In this document: positions 1 to 10,854 of the stretch, piece by piece
Numbering within the stretch: the first letter of the stretch is position 1
How the letters are laid out: every line of letters starts with the position of its first letter
DNA from: Lepidodermella squamata
Lineage: Eukaryota; Animalia; Gastrotricha
Direction of reading: 5' to 3'
Assembly (NCBI GenBank): GCA_047495785.1
Contig: JBLDXI010000029.1
Location: forward strand, 806,001 to 870,000
Length of the DNA: 64,000 nt
Position numbers and translations under genes: made by a program
The notes under the pieces: model-generated
What the model saw: only the letters and a program-made list of their open reading frames with translations
Told to the model about the DNA's origin: nothing
Database searches by the model: none

Positions 1-237
1 CCCGAGCGGACTGGATACGCCAACCTCCGATCTACCCAGTGAGATAGCTAGGCACGTATGTTTACAATCTCATCTGCGTGGATGCTGAAACCTTTGGGCT
101 AATGCCATCGGAAGGCTTTCAACTGAGTGCTCAGCGGAAGGAATTCCTGTTTCGTCAGGGTTTCAGACATTACGTCTGGGTTGCATTATAAAGCAAGCTG
201 CGAGTCCATAAGCGCTTTGTATATTACACAATAAAAA

Positions 238-2601
238 ATGAGGATCGACGTTGTAATTGGAATTTTTTTCGCCCTGAAATACTGTGGAGCTAAACAAAAG
301 CCATACATGCTCCGTATGTTGAATTTTCGTAATCAGCCAGCAGGTAGTTCTTGTGCTATCGGCCAAGACATCGCCGTGGATTTGATCAACAATCGCAGCG
401 ACATATTGTCAAATTACCACGTAATTCTCACAACTGTTAACGAGGGCCCGAATGGCGTGCTTGCGCCGAAAGCTCTGGCTGACTTCGATCGACGTTATGA
501 ATCACAACAAGCAGATTTTCAGGCTCCGCTTATCTCAGGTGTTTCATTGACTCCGGGTTGCAAAGCCGTCGGTTCGATGGTTCACTATTTTGGAATGATT
601 TTATTAGCATCAGCTTGTCTCAATCCACGATTTACGGCTAACAGGAGGCTGTATCCTGGTATGTACCGTGAGCGAGCGTCAGCCGAGGTCGCAAACTATC
701 CCGTCGTCGCTTTTATCAAGCGCATCGGATTTTGGCTAAAGTTTGGCATCATTGCAAATTCAGAGAATGAGTACAATATTGCTGTAGCCTCGCATCTTCA
801 GCAAACAGCTAAAGCAGAAGGCCTTGTTGTCAGCTGGTTCGAAGCGACACCATCGCCAGATGAAAACTCTATGAGGACGCTAAAGGACAGTGGTTCTCGA
901 GTGATCTTCGTCCAAGCCATTGAATTTCCCTTCTTCTCAAATTTTCTCTGTCAAGCATATGATGCAGGAATTTACGGGCCGAGGTACATTTTCTTGACAT
1001 CATACTCCTTAGCGGTTAGGGATCCGAGTTTGACAACATCAGATTCTTGTACCGCCCAGGTAATAAGGCAACAAATGAGCAGCATCTACTACGTTGGATC
1101 CACCACTTTCGCCCTCGAAAATAATGGTCCCGTCCAGTTGGGTTACAACGTTTCAGGATTTGATTCCATTTTTTTTACATACACGAATGGAACCAAAAAG
1201 GAGGACCACCCCGATCGGATATTTTGCCACGACCGAATTCTTCACAGCCTGTTAGTCCTAGATGAAACTGAGAAACGTCTAGCCAGACAAAACATGTCAT
1301 TGAGACACTTTAAGAATGACCGTATAGCTGTGATACGCGTGTTGAACCAAACAGTACCATCTCTACGGTTCACTGGTCTTCGCATGGGCTCTTTCGGTTA
1401 CAGCGAAAGGCTTGAGATCGAGGAAGATCTTTGCTATGTCTCAAGCCAATCTGCAGCCCTGGCGCTAACCTATAGCATGAAAATTGAAGTCGGAGATGGA
1501 ACTTCGTTGGGTAATTCAACGAACGTTTCAGCCAGCATCAAATTCACCCAATCACCCGTCCAGCCATTAAAGTGGATTACCCAAGATGGGAAGCCGCCGA
1601 AAGATAGTGCCCAGCTTGTTGTCTCAATGGAAAAGATATCACCTGAAATTCTCTACGTTATCGCATCGATCGCTTCGATAGCTTTTGGCTTAAAAGTAGC
1701 CGGACTTGTCACAATTTACTTTACCGGTAAGTTGGTACTGCTCGCGTCATCAAAACGTGAATGGGTTTTTCTTTCACTTGGATGTATTTCGCTCGACATT
1801 GCCTCGGTCCTTTTTGTTGCGGGGTTGGAGATAAACGGAGAGCTTACGTGCACTATTCGAATCATACTCTCTGTGGCTGGACTAACAGTTATTCACGGCT
1901 TCCTGTTGATCAGCGTTATGCAGAGATACAATTTTCCGGAATCTTCAGGTAAATTATATGGAACTAGCGTTTTCTCCACAGTTCAATCGGCGGGGTTGCG
2001 TAATTCTAATTTGAGAGGATTTCGGTCTACGTTGAATACAATAAACCCAAAGCAAACTGCTCACCAACAGAAACCAAAACGAAAACTGACTGCCTCATTT
2101 ACAAAAAAATTCATTGGTTCTGTGGCGATTCTGATCGCCATTGTAAATATTGCCGGACTTGCTGTATTGTTCTCGGCGGGAGCTCAAAAGGTATTGCCGG
2201 TTAGATTGGACGAGGAATCAATTTACGATGACGATATAGACACTGTCAACGAAGTTTTCGAACTTCACTGCTACTCGGAATCTACGACTGTTTTCTACGC
2301 GCTGACTGTCGGTTGCCATGGTTTGATCATGTTCACTTCGGCTTTCATGTCGTACCAGCTACGATCAAAGGCTGATATGAAGTATCTGCGTCTCGCCATA
2401 GTAGGCGAATTGACGCTTTTCATCGCCATGTGTCTCATCTTATTGGTTTTGTCTTCAGACTCGGCTACGTCGCAATACCTGGCAATGTCAATTGGTCTTC
2501 TGATTATCGCAGTGGCAATGCCAGCCTTAGTTTTCCACCGTCTGTACCATTTGGGAACGTCCGAAGAACGAAGCAATTCAGCTATACGCGACACCCTGTG
2601 A
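238..2601 (+). CDS. Class C GPCR, GABA-B-receptor-like (Venus-flytrap domain + 7TM), paralogue 1, intronless
   Basis: 787-aa ORF with signal peptide and VFT-type N-terminus (AVDLINNRSDILSNY; YPGMYRE; CQAYDAGIYGPRYIFL). W...GKPPKD leads directly into seven hydrophobic helices with no cysteine-rich domain, and the ELHC motif precedes TM5. Confidence 0.88.
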   Translation: MRIDVVIGIFFALKYCGAKQKPYMLRMLNFRNQPAGSSCAIGQDIAVDLINNRSDILSNYHVILTTVNEGPNGVLAPKALADFDRRYESQQADFQAPLISGVSLTPGCKAVGSMVHYFGMILLASACLNPRFTANRRLYPGMYRERASAEVANYPVVAFIKRIGFWLKFGIIANSENEYNIAVASHLQQTAKAEGLVVSWFEATPSPDENSMRTLKDSGSRVIFVQAIEFPFFSNFLCQAYDAGIYGPRYIFLTSYSLAVRDPSLTTSDSCTAQVIRQQMSSIYYVGSTTFALENNGPVQLGYNVSGFDSIFFTYTNGTKKEDHPDRIFCHDRILHSLLVLDETEKRLARQNMSLRHFKNDRIAVIRVLNQTVPSLRFTGLRMGSFGYSERLEIEEDLCYVSSQSAALALTYSMKIEVGDGTSLGNSTNVSASIKFTQSPVQPLKWITQDGKPPKDSAQLVVSMEKISPEILYVIASIASIAFGLKVAGLVTIYFTGKLVLLASSKREWVFLSLGCISLDIASVLFVAGLEINGELTCTIRIILSVAGLTVIHGFLLISVMQRYNFPESSGKLYGTSVFSTVQSAGLRNSNLRGFRSTLNTINPKQTAHQQKPKRKLTASFTKKFIGSVAILIAIVNIAGLAVLFSAGAQKVLPVRLDEESIYDDDIDTVNEVFELHCYSESTTVFYALTVGCHGLIMFTSAFMSYQLRSKADMKYLRLAIVGELTLFIAMCLILLVLSSDSATSQYLAMSIGLLIIAVAMPALVFHRLYHLGTSEERSNSAIRDTL

Positions 2602-2645
2602 CGAAAGAAAAGACTTGATATAAAACTCATCTTCACTTGTAATTA

Positions 2646-3226
2646 CCGTAAATTCCGTATTAGCTTCAGGGGGCATTGTAATTTCAAAGCCTCGAAAAAG
2701 GGGGTTGTAAACGGGACGTGTTACAATTGCGAGCATGCGACTTTATTGTTTCAAAGCAAGTTTTCAAGTGTTAGAATTGAGTAAAAATAAGAATAAATTG
2801 ATAATTTTTGAACTACAGCTTGTAAAGTCAACAGCTTTTCATCAAAATCGAGAACGTCATCGTTCGATTGCGAGTTTTCAGCCATTTTTATGCAAATTAT
2901 TGAAATTTTAAAATGTTAGTTTTCTTCAAATCATGAATGCTAGGAAATCGACAGCTACTTTGGCTATTTTCGTTGCTGAACTTCTCTCACTCGGCTATGT
3001 TTCGCCATTTTCTATCAAACAAGCCCATCAAACGCCTTAGAAATGGAATTTCAAAACGATAGGCGCTATTATTTTAGAATGCGATTTTCAAAGTTTGAAT
3101 TTGAATTTAGGTCCCGGGTAGCTATTGCGAGTATGAGGCTTTAATTTTTCAAAGGGCTTGAAAAGGGGGGTTGTAAAGGGGACGGGCGGTAATAACGGGT
3201 ATATGAAGCTATTACGGAATATACGG
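2646..3226. mobile_element. Non-autonomous Tc1/mariner-superfamily (Tc2/pogo-like) MITE
   Basis: TA-flanked ~23-bp TIRs: left TA|CCGTAAATTCCGTATTAGCTTCA, right TGAAGCTATTACGGAATATACGG|TA (2 mismatches). The subterminal motif AAAAGGGGGTTGTAAA.GGGACG occurs twice, and a related end lies at 33926-34032. Confidence 0.75.
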
Positions 3227-4900
3227 TATGTGTATGTGTTCAAACTTGTAGATTTTAAAAGAGAGAACGAATCAAGGGGCAGTTGCGTTAAGATAAAGGG
3301 TTTCCACATTGTAGGTGGTGTTCTGCATAGTGAACTCAGAATCAGAGTGAATCAGAGCCGTGTTTTTTCTTCTCTTGCTATGTTGTGATGGTGGGCGCGG
3401 TCGTGAGGTCAGTTATTTTTTGCTGATTTATTAGATGGAGATGATGAAAAATATTTGCAAAAACTACTACCACAACAAAATTCACCACCTCACCACCGCA
3501 ACATCGACGCAGTAAATAAAAATGGACTTCGACCCTGCAAACTGCAAACACCGCTTGCAATTATTATTACTATTCAGGGTGGCGCCTCCTCCAACCACGG
3601 TCGTCGTCGAAAAAGAAAATATAGCAGTTAAAAGTTAACGGTTCAAGGAGAAAACAAGATTTCGGCATTATTTTTATTTCCGAATGTACAAAAAATATTG
3701 GCTGTATTTGGGTTTGGCGGTGGCTTCGGCTTTGGCAAAAACCATAGCGAATCGCGAATTTCAGCATTCTGCGATGATAATATAATGAACTCGAAAATTA
3801 AGATCTGATCCCGAGAGTAGATGAGATGAGACGCTATTTTTCACGCCGAATAAAATGAGAAAGGAGAATAGCACAATAATAAACAATAATAATACCTTTG
3901 CTTTTTGCTTGACTTGCGTCTGAGATGATGGGATTCTCGTATTCTCACCTCGAAAAGCTATTCGCAAAGCTGCGCAAATAAAATGCGACGTCCAAAGTAT
4001 CGGCGTAAGCCTTCAGCCTTCATTACAACGGCCTGTTTAAGCTTTACGTTTAGTAGTTGGTATTGAAAAAATGGAAAAACTAGGGTCTTTATTACAGATC
4101 GATTGCTACCGAATTTTGACACTCTGTCGCGGAATTGGTAGTCTGTGGAATTCGGACTTCTCCCTGTGAGTTTTATAGCCCTATCTTTTCTTCAACTAGA
4201 TCGACCCACAGTCCTTCCGCCTTACGCCACATACAGTGTGATTCAGAAAGGCCGCGCTAACCACGATTGTATATTTTTCCTCTTGTCTTTTCCCCAAAAT
4301 TTTTTCTAAGTCCGCGCGTGCCGACTCGAAATTTTTTTTCGCAAACAAATAATAATAGCCAACACAAACTAGTTTTGTAATTTCACTGTAACGCCGTCAA
4401 TTCCCTTTATCATTTCGTCTCTTCTACGCCCCAAGTGTTCTTCTGTTACTGTTTCATTTGTCTGAAATATAAAACAGCAGAGCGACAGAGGGTGTTAAAG
4501 TCCAAACAAGACAAAGAATGCTGTATTGCAAACCTTTTTCGTTCGCCTACCTTCCTGTCGAATATTAGCGTTTACATTTCCCAGGAAGGGCTGCAGATGC
4601 GTGGCTTAAGCTTCGACTTTGAAAGCATATTTATTAGGGCTGGAAGCGGCAACTCCCGAATCGAAGATGTCTAAGCACGCACCACGCACGTTTCTCTCAC
4701 CTGTGTGGGCGCTGATTCAATTTGATAGACACAATCTGGCTTTCCTTCAAAACGATAATACGTTGTTGCTGTAAATCTATAGTTTTGTTAAGGAAAAGTA
4801 ATATTCCGGGAGCATGTCTGGGCTTGGGTATAAATGACCGTTATGAGAGTTTGGATTATTCATAATGTCAATTGAGCGTGATTTTACTGAGCAGGGAAAA

Positions 4901-7231
4901 ATGCGTATTGATTTCGGGATTATACTACGTTTTGCCCTGCTGCTTTCTTCAGCTGAAGCAGCACCATACGTGCTACGTTTATTAAATTTTCGCAATCAGC
5001 CACCAGGTAGTTCTTGCGCCATTGGCCAAGACATTGCCGTGGACTTGGTCAACAATCGAAGCGACATATTGCCAAATTACCATGTTGTCCTCACAACGGT
5101 CAGCGAGGGTCCGAATGCCATGCTTGCGCCCAAGGCTTTGGCGGACTTTGATCGGCGTTTCGAATCTCAGCAATTTACCGATTTTCAAGCTCCTCTCATC
5201 TCAGGTGTGTCGTTTACGCCTGGCTGCAGAGCCGTCGGCTCAATGGTTCATCATTTCGGCATGATCATTCTGACGGGAAATTGTCTCAATCCAAGGTTCA
5301 CTGCTGACAGAAAGTTGTATCCTGGCATGTATCTCGAGCGGGCATCGGCTGAGGTAGCCAACTATCCAGTTATCGCTTTTATAAAACGTATCGGCATGTG
5401 GCAGAAATTTGGGATCATTGCTAATTCAGAAAATGAATTCAACATTGCTGTAGCCTCCCATCTTCAGCAAACAGCTAAAGCAGAAGGCCTTGTTGTCAGC
5501 TGGTTCGAAGCGACACCGTTGCCAGATGAGAACACAATGCGTTTGTTAAAAGAGAGTGGTGCTAGAATTATCTTCATTCAAGCAATAGAGTATCCCTTTT
5601 TCTCAAACTTTCTCTGTCTAGCGTATGAAGCTGGAATTTACGGGACGAGGTACGTTTTCATTACATCGTATTCCTTGGCTTTGAGAGATCCGAGTTTGAC
5701 AACTTCGGATTCTTGTTCGGCTCCAGTAATAAGAAAGCAAATGAGTAGCGTCTACTACGCTGGATCAGCTACTTTCGCCTTCGAAAATAATGGGGCTGTT
5801 CAGTTAGGATATGACATCTCAGGATTCGACGCGTTGTTTTCGATGTATACTAACGGCACTAAAAAAGAGGACTATCTGGAACGTTTGCTATGTCACGATC
5901 GAATTCTTCACAGCCTACTAGTCTTAGACGAAACTGAGAAACGTTTAACGAGACTGAATATGTCGTTGCGAGATTTTAGGAATAATCGGTCAACTGTCAT
6001 GGATGTCCTAAACCAAACCGTTCCATCACTGCCTTTCACTGGGCTACGTATCGGGAGATTCGGATACAGTGAAAGGCTTGAAATTGAGGAAGATCTTTGC
6101 TATGTCTCTAGCCAATCGGCAGCACTTTCACTCAACTACAACTTGAAAATTGCAGTTGGCAATGGAAACACTACGAACGTTTCAGCCATCATCAAATTTT
6201 CGCAATCTCCATTCCAGCCGCTGCGTTGGAATACATTGGACGGGAAGCCGCCAAAAGACAGTGCTCTGATTTTTGTTACAACGAAAAAGATAACACCAGA
6301 AACTCTCTACGTGATCGCCTCAATTGCTTTGGTGACTTTCATTTTAAAAATTGCTGCCATTATCGCAATATATTTCGCTCGAAGATTGAAACAGCTCGCA
6401 CCTTCAAAAGTCGAATGGATTGTGCTATCGCTTGGCTGCATTTCGCTCGAAATTGCTGCGGTTCTTTTTGCATCTGGACTGGAGACAAATGGCGAACTTA
6501 CGTGTACTACTCGCATCATACTCTCCGTTATTGGACTAACGGTTATTCACGGCTTATTGTTGATAAGAGTTATGCAGAGATACAGTTTTCTCGATTCATC
6601 GGGCAAATCATATGGGAGTAGCGCCAATTCCAGTGCTCAATCAGGATTTAGAGGATTGAGGCAACAATCAAACGCGAAGCCCTCTGGCCGCCAAAAGAAG
6701 AGACACCGAAGCCTGACAGCAGTATTTACGCTCAAATTCATTATCTCCATGGCAGGCTTGATTGCGATACTCAACCTTCTGGGGCTTGCTATAATATTCT
6801 TATCGGGGCCTCAACAAGTTTTGGTGGTAAGAATTGACGAGGAATCAATTTATGACACCGATAGTGACACTGTCAATGAGGTTTTCGAACTTCACTGCCA
6901 CTCAGAATCTGCGACCGTTTTTTACGCGTTGACTGTTAGCATTCATGGTTTGATCTTGTTCGCTTCGGCTTTCATATCGTACCAATTACGATCAAAAGCC
7001 GATATGAAACATCTGCGTCTCGCAATCGTAGGCGAATTGACCCTTTTCATCGGCTTTTGCCTCATAGTGTTAGTGTTGTCCTCAGACTCGGCCACGTCAC
7101 AATACCTGGCTACATCCATAGGGCTTCTAATTGTTTCTGCATTGATACCATCAATATTTTTTCATCGGCTGAAGTCCCTGGGATCTTCCGAATATCGGAC
7201 TAATTCAGCTGCGGGAAAAGCGCTATGTTAA
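4901..7231 (+). CDS. Class C GPCR, GABA-B-receptor-like, paralogue 2, intronless
   Basis: ORF 4865-7231. The ATG at 4901 (MRIDFG...) aligns with the MRI start of paralogues 1 and 3, and the protein is collinear with them. Confidence 0.88.
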   Translation: MRIDFGIILRFALLLSSAEAAPYVLRLLNFRNQPPGSSCAIGQDIAVDLVNNRSDILPNYHVVLTTVSEGPNAMLAPKALADFDRRFESQQFTDFQAPLISGVSFTPGCRAVGSMVHHFGMIILTGNCLNPRFTADRKLYPGMYLERASAEVANYPVIAFIKRIGMWQKFGIIANSENEFNIAVASHLQQTAKAEGLVVSWFEATPLPDENTMRLLKESGARIIFIQAIEYPFFSNFLCLAYEAGIYGTRYVFITSYSLALRDPSLTTSDSCSAPVIRKQMSSVYYAGSATFAFENNGAVQLGYDISGFDALFSMYTNGTKKEDYLERLLCHDRILHSLLVLDETEKRLTRLNMSLRDFRNNRSTVMDVLNQTVPSLPFTGLRIGRFGYSERLEIEEDLCYVSSQSAALSLNYNLKIAVGNGNTTNVSAIIKFSQSPFQPLRWNTLDGKPPKDSALIFVTTKKITPETLYVIASIALVTFILKIAAIIAIYFARRLKQLAPSKVEWIVLSLGCISLEIAAVLFASGLETNGELTCTTRIILSVIGLTVIHGLLLIRVMQRYSFLDSSGKSYGSSANSSAQSGFRGLRQQSNAKPSGRQKKRHRSLTAVFTLKFIISMAGLIAILNLLGLAIIFLSGPQQVLVVRIDEESIYDTDSDTVNEVFELHCHSESATVFYALTVSIHGLILFASAFISYQLRSKADMKHLRLAIVGELTLFIGFCLIVLVLSSDSATSQYLATSIGLLIVSALIPSIFFHRLKSLGSSEYRTNSAAGKALC

Positions 7232-7261
7232 GTAATCAACTGTTATTGCCATTATCAAGCT

Positions 7262-7468
7262 TCTGCGTCTCGCCTATTGTAGGCCGATTAACGCTTTAGC
7301 TTTTCGTCATCACGTGTCTCATATTATAGGTATTATTGTCAACCTTGGCCATGTCGTATTATCCATTGGACTCTTGCTGTCGATACCGTCAATACCAGTT
7401 ATGTCTTTTTATCGTTTAAGGACCACGAATTCGATTATATTTCAGCTATACCTGAAACCATCGCTTAA
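7262..7468 (+). pseudogene. Decayed copy of the TM6-TM7/C-terminal coding end of the class C GPCR family
   Basis: TCTGCGTCTCGCC..TGTAGGC..ATTAACGCTTT...TGTCTCATATTA...TTCAGCTATACC matches 2385-2601 with indels and stops. Confidence 0.65.
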
Positions 7469-7611
7469 AAGGGATAGACTAATTAAATGACGGTATGAAT
7501 TACTTGAGTCAATGAATTAAAGACAGTGAATCGCACTTTTTTCAAAAAATCAACTTTATCTACTTTGCATCAGAGTAAAAGGTTGTAAGACAGTTCCCCA
7601 ACGTCCAACGT

Positions 7612-8045
7612 CACTTCAGCAGTGATATTTGAGCAGGCGAGACTTCAGCAGAACTTATTTCAGCAGTTGCTCAGCAAACAGCACTTAAGCAATCGAGTGT
7701 TCAACGTATAGAGTCTCTTTATCCGCTGAAGTGTCGTTATGACAAAATGTCTTATGCTCAAATATGCATCTGCTAGAATGTGAAACGTTTATTCTACTAA
7801 TCTGCTGACCTGGCGTCTGTTTAAATTGTGTTTTGCTCAAATTCACACTGAGTAAATGTCGTATGCTGAAATGACTTCTGCTAAAATATATCATTGCTCA
7901 CAAGACTTCTGCTGAAGAGACGTTTGCTTATATTACAGCTGCTAAAGTGTGAGTTGCTGAAGTTTCGATCGCTTAGGTGCTGTTTGTTGAGATAGCGAAT
8001 GCTAAACTATGTTCTGCTGAAGTGTCTGCTGAAGTCAGCGGATTT
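7612..8045. mobile_element. Foldback-type non-autonomous element built from ~15-bp subrepeats (core CTGCTGAA / TTCAGCAG)
   Basis: The first ~90 bp carry the core inverted (TTCAGCAG) and the rest carry it forward. CTCAGCAAACAGCACTTAAGCAATCGA (~7670-7696) is an imperfect inverted copy of TCGATCGCTTAGGTGCTGTTTGTTGAG (~7965-7991). Confidence 0.55.
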
Positions 8046-8487
8046 CGGCTGAATTCAGACAAAATATGCGCAAGAGCGAGTCTCGTTCCGTGAGGTTATT
8101 TTCCTGTTTACACATTCAGGTTTAAATTTTCCCAGGATGGACTGCGGAATGCGTGGCTCAGCTTTCGTCTTCTCGAGACCTCTATGTATCACAGAGGAAG
8201 CGTAGTGGCGCAAAACACGATCGAGTGGACTTGAAACTCCGACGTTCGACCCACTCAGTTACTGTTTCTGAGCACGATTGTTTGCTATCCTATCCGCGTA
8301 GATGCTTGAGAGCATGAGCTCATGCCATCGGAGGCTTTCAACTGACTAATCCGGAGCAGGAAATCCTGCAGCGCCAAATTTATCAACTTTCCTTGAGAAC
8401 GCCTAAGCTGGGGTGCAAATGAATGTTATAAGGTCTATTTAACATCATTCAGAGACTCAATTATAAGAAAAAAATTATTAGAGGGAT

Positions 8488-10854
8488 ATGCGGATTATTT
8501 TTGTGATTGGCTTTTTCGTTGTCTTGAAATGCTGTGAAGCTAAACCAAAGCCATACGTGCTCCGTTTGTTAAATTTTCGTAATCAGCAGGTTGGAGGTTC
8601 TTGCGCGATCGCTCAAGACATCGCTGTGGACTTGATCAACAATCGAAGCGACATATTGCCAAATTACCACATTATTCTCATAACGACCAGCGAGGGCCCG
8701 AATGGCATGCTAGCGCCGAAAGCTTTGGCTGATTTTGATCGGCGTTTCGAACCTCCACAGGTTACCGAATTTCAAGCTCCTCTCATCTCTGGTATGTCAC
8801 TAACCCCTGGTTGCAGAGCGGTAGGCTCGATGGTACATCATTTTGGAATGATACTATTAGCTGGAGGATGCCTCAATCCAAGATTTACGGCTAATAGGAG
8901 GCTGTATCCTGGTATGTACCGTGAGCGAGCGTCAGCCGAGGTCGCAAACTATCCAGTCGTCGCTTTTATAAAGCGCATCGGATTTTGGCTGAAGTTTGGC
9001 ATAATTGCAAATTCAGAGAATGAGTACAATATTGCTGTAGCCTCGCATCTTCAGCAAACAGCTAAAGCAGAAGGCCTTGTTGTCAGCTGGTTCGAAGCGA
9101 CACCGTCGCCAGATGAGAACTCTATGCGGACGTTAAACGACAGTGGCGTTCGCATAATTTTTATTCAAGCAGTAGAATTCGCCTTTTTCTCCAATTTTCT
9201 CTGCCAAGCCTACGATGCTGGAATTTACGGGACGAGGTACGTTTTTCTAGCATCTTATGGCTTGGCTCTTAGGGATCCGAGTTTGACAACATCAGATTCT
9301 TGTTCAGCCCAGGTGATAAGAAAGCAGATGCGTAGTATCTACTATGTGGGATCCACTCCATTCGCCCTCGAAAATAATGGCCCCGTTCAGCTAGGTTATG
9401 ATGTGCAAGGATTCGATGCCATTTTTTCTACACTCTCAAATGGAACTAAGCGGGAGGATTACCCCGAGCGAGTTTTTTGCCACGATCGAATTCTTCACAG
9501 CCTGCTGGTCTTAGACGAAACTGAGAAACGTTTAACGGGACTGAATATGTCGTTGCGAGATTTTAGGAATAATCGGTCAACAGTTATGCATGCACTTAAC
9601 CAGACAGTTCCATCCTTGTCATTTATTGGGCTTCGCATGGGAAAGTTCGGATACAGTGAAAGGCTTGAAGTTGAGGAAGATATATGTTACGTTTCCAGCC
9701 AATCGGCAGCACTTTCACTTGACTTCAACTTGAAGATTGATTTTGACAACGAACCGTCATCAGGCAACTCTAAAAACACTTCAGCAAGTATTAAATTTGC
9801 TCCGTCACCTTCACAACCATTAAAGTGGATTACCCAAGACGGGATGCCGCCAAAAGACAGTGCCCAACTTGTCATTTCAACGGAAAAGGTACCACCAGAA
9901 GTTCTCTATGTGATCGCATCACTAGCTTCCTTGGCGTTTATTTCAAAGCTTGTTGTCATGGTTGCAATTCACTTTGCTCGCGGGCTAGAGCAGTTTACGT
10001 CATCCAAACGTGAATGGATCTTGCTATCGCTTGGCTGCATTTTGCTCGACATTGCTGCTGTCCTTTTCGTTGCCGGATTAGAAACCAACGGCGAAATTTT
10101 ATGTGCCATTCGAATTAGTCTCGCTGTTTTTGGATTAACAGTTACACACGGCTTTTTGTTGATAAATGCCATGCGTAAATACAGTTTTCCAGGGCAAACA
10201 TCGCGAAAATTATATGGGACGACCAGCCCACATTCCACGGTCCAATCGGGAATGAGCAATTCGACCGTTAAAGAAATAAGGTCCAAGTTATATTCAGTGC
10301 GGTCTGGTACTTCTCAACGAAAACGAAAGCTGAAGACGACAGTTGCTTTTTCGAAGTCGTTCACTACTTTCGTGGTGATCCTGATCGTCATCGTCAATAT
10401 TGCAGGACTTGTAATATTGCACTCGACGGGAGCTCAAAAGGTATTGAAGGTGAGATTGGACGAGGAATCGTTCTATAACGAATTCAGCGACACTGTAAAC
10501 GAGGTTTTTGAGTTACAATGCTACTCAGAAACCGCGACTGTTTTCTACGTGTTGACTGCCAGCTGTCACGGTTTGGTCATGTTCGCTTCGGCTTTTATGT
10601 CCTACCAACTGAGATCGAAGGCTGACATGAAGCACCTGCGCCTCGCTATCGTAGGTGAATCGACCCTTCTTATCGGCATAATTCTCGTAGTAATGGTGCT
10701 ATCCTCAGACTCGGCCACGTCGCAATACCTGACAACATCCATTGGGCTTTTTATTGTCGCCGCGTCGATACCAGCTATATTTTTTCATCGTCTTTACTCT
10801 CTGGCAATCTCTGGAGAGCGGAGTAGCTCAGCTATCGGAAACAATAAACGCTAG
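8488..10854 (+). CDS. Class C GPCR, GABA-B-receptor-like, paralogue 3, intronless
   Basis: 788-aa ORF collinear with paralogues 1 and 2. Confidence 0.88.
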   Translation: MRIIFVIGFFVVLKCCEAKPKPYVLRLLNFRNQQVGGSCAIAQDIAVDLINNRSDILPNYHIILITTSEGPNGMLAPKALADFDRRFEPPQVTEFQAPLISGMSLTPGCRAVGSMVHHFGMILLAGGCLNPRFTANRRLYPGMYRERASAEVANYPVVAFIKRIGFWLKFGIIANSENEYNIAVASHLQQTAKAEGLVVSWFEATPSPDENSMRTLNDSGVRIIFIQAVEFAFFSNFLCQAYDAGIYGTRYVFLASYGLALRDPSLTTSDSCSAQVIRKQMRSIYYVGSTPFALENNGPVQLGYDVQGFDAIFSTLSNGTKREDYPERVFCHDRILHSLLVLDETEKRLTGLNMSLRDFRNNRSTVMHALNQTVPSLSFIGLRMGKFGYSERLEVEEDICYVSSQSAALSLDFNLKIDFDNEPSSGNSKNTSASIKFAPSPSQPLKWITQDGMPPKDSAQLVISTEKVPPEVLYVIASLASLAFISKLVVMVAIHFARGLEQFTSSKREWILLSLGCILLDIAAVLFVAGLETNGEILCAIRISLAVFGLTVTHGFLLINAMRKYSFPGQTSRKLYGTTSPHSTVQSGMSNSTVKEIRSKLYSVRSGTSQRKRKLKTTVAFSKSFTTFVVILIVIVNIAGLVILHSTGAQKVLKVRLDEESFYNEFSDTVNEVFELQCYSETATVFYVLTASCHGLVMFASAFMSYQLRSKADMKHLRLAIVGESTLLIGIILVVMVLSSDSATSQYLTTSIGLFIVAASIPAIFFHRLYSLAISGERSSSAIGNNKR

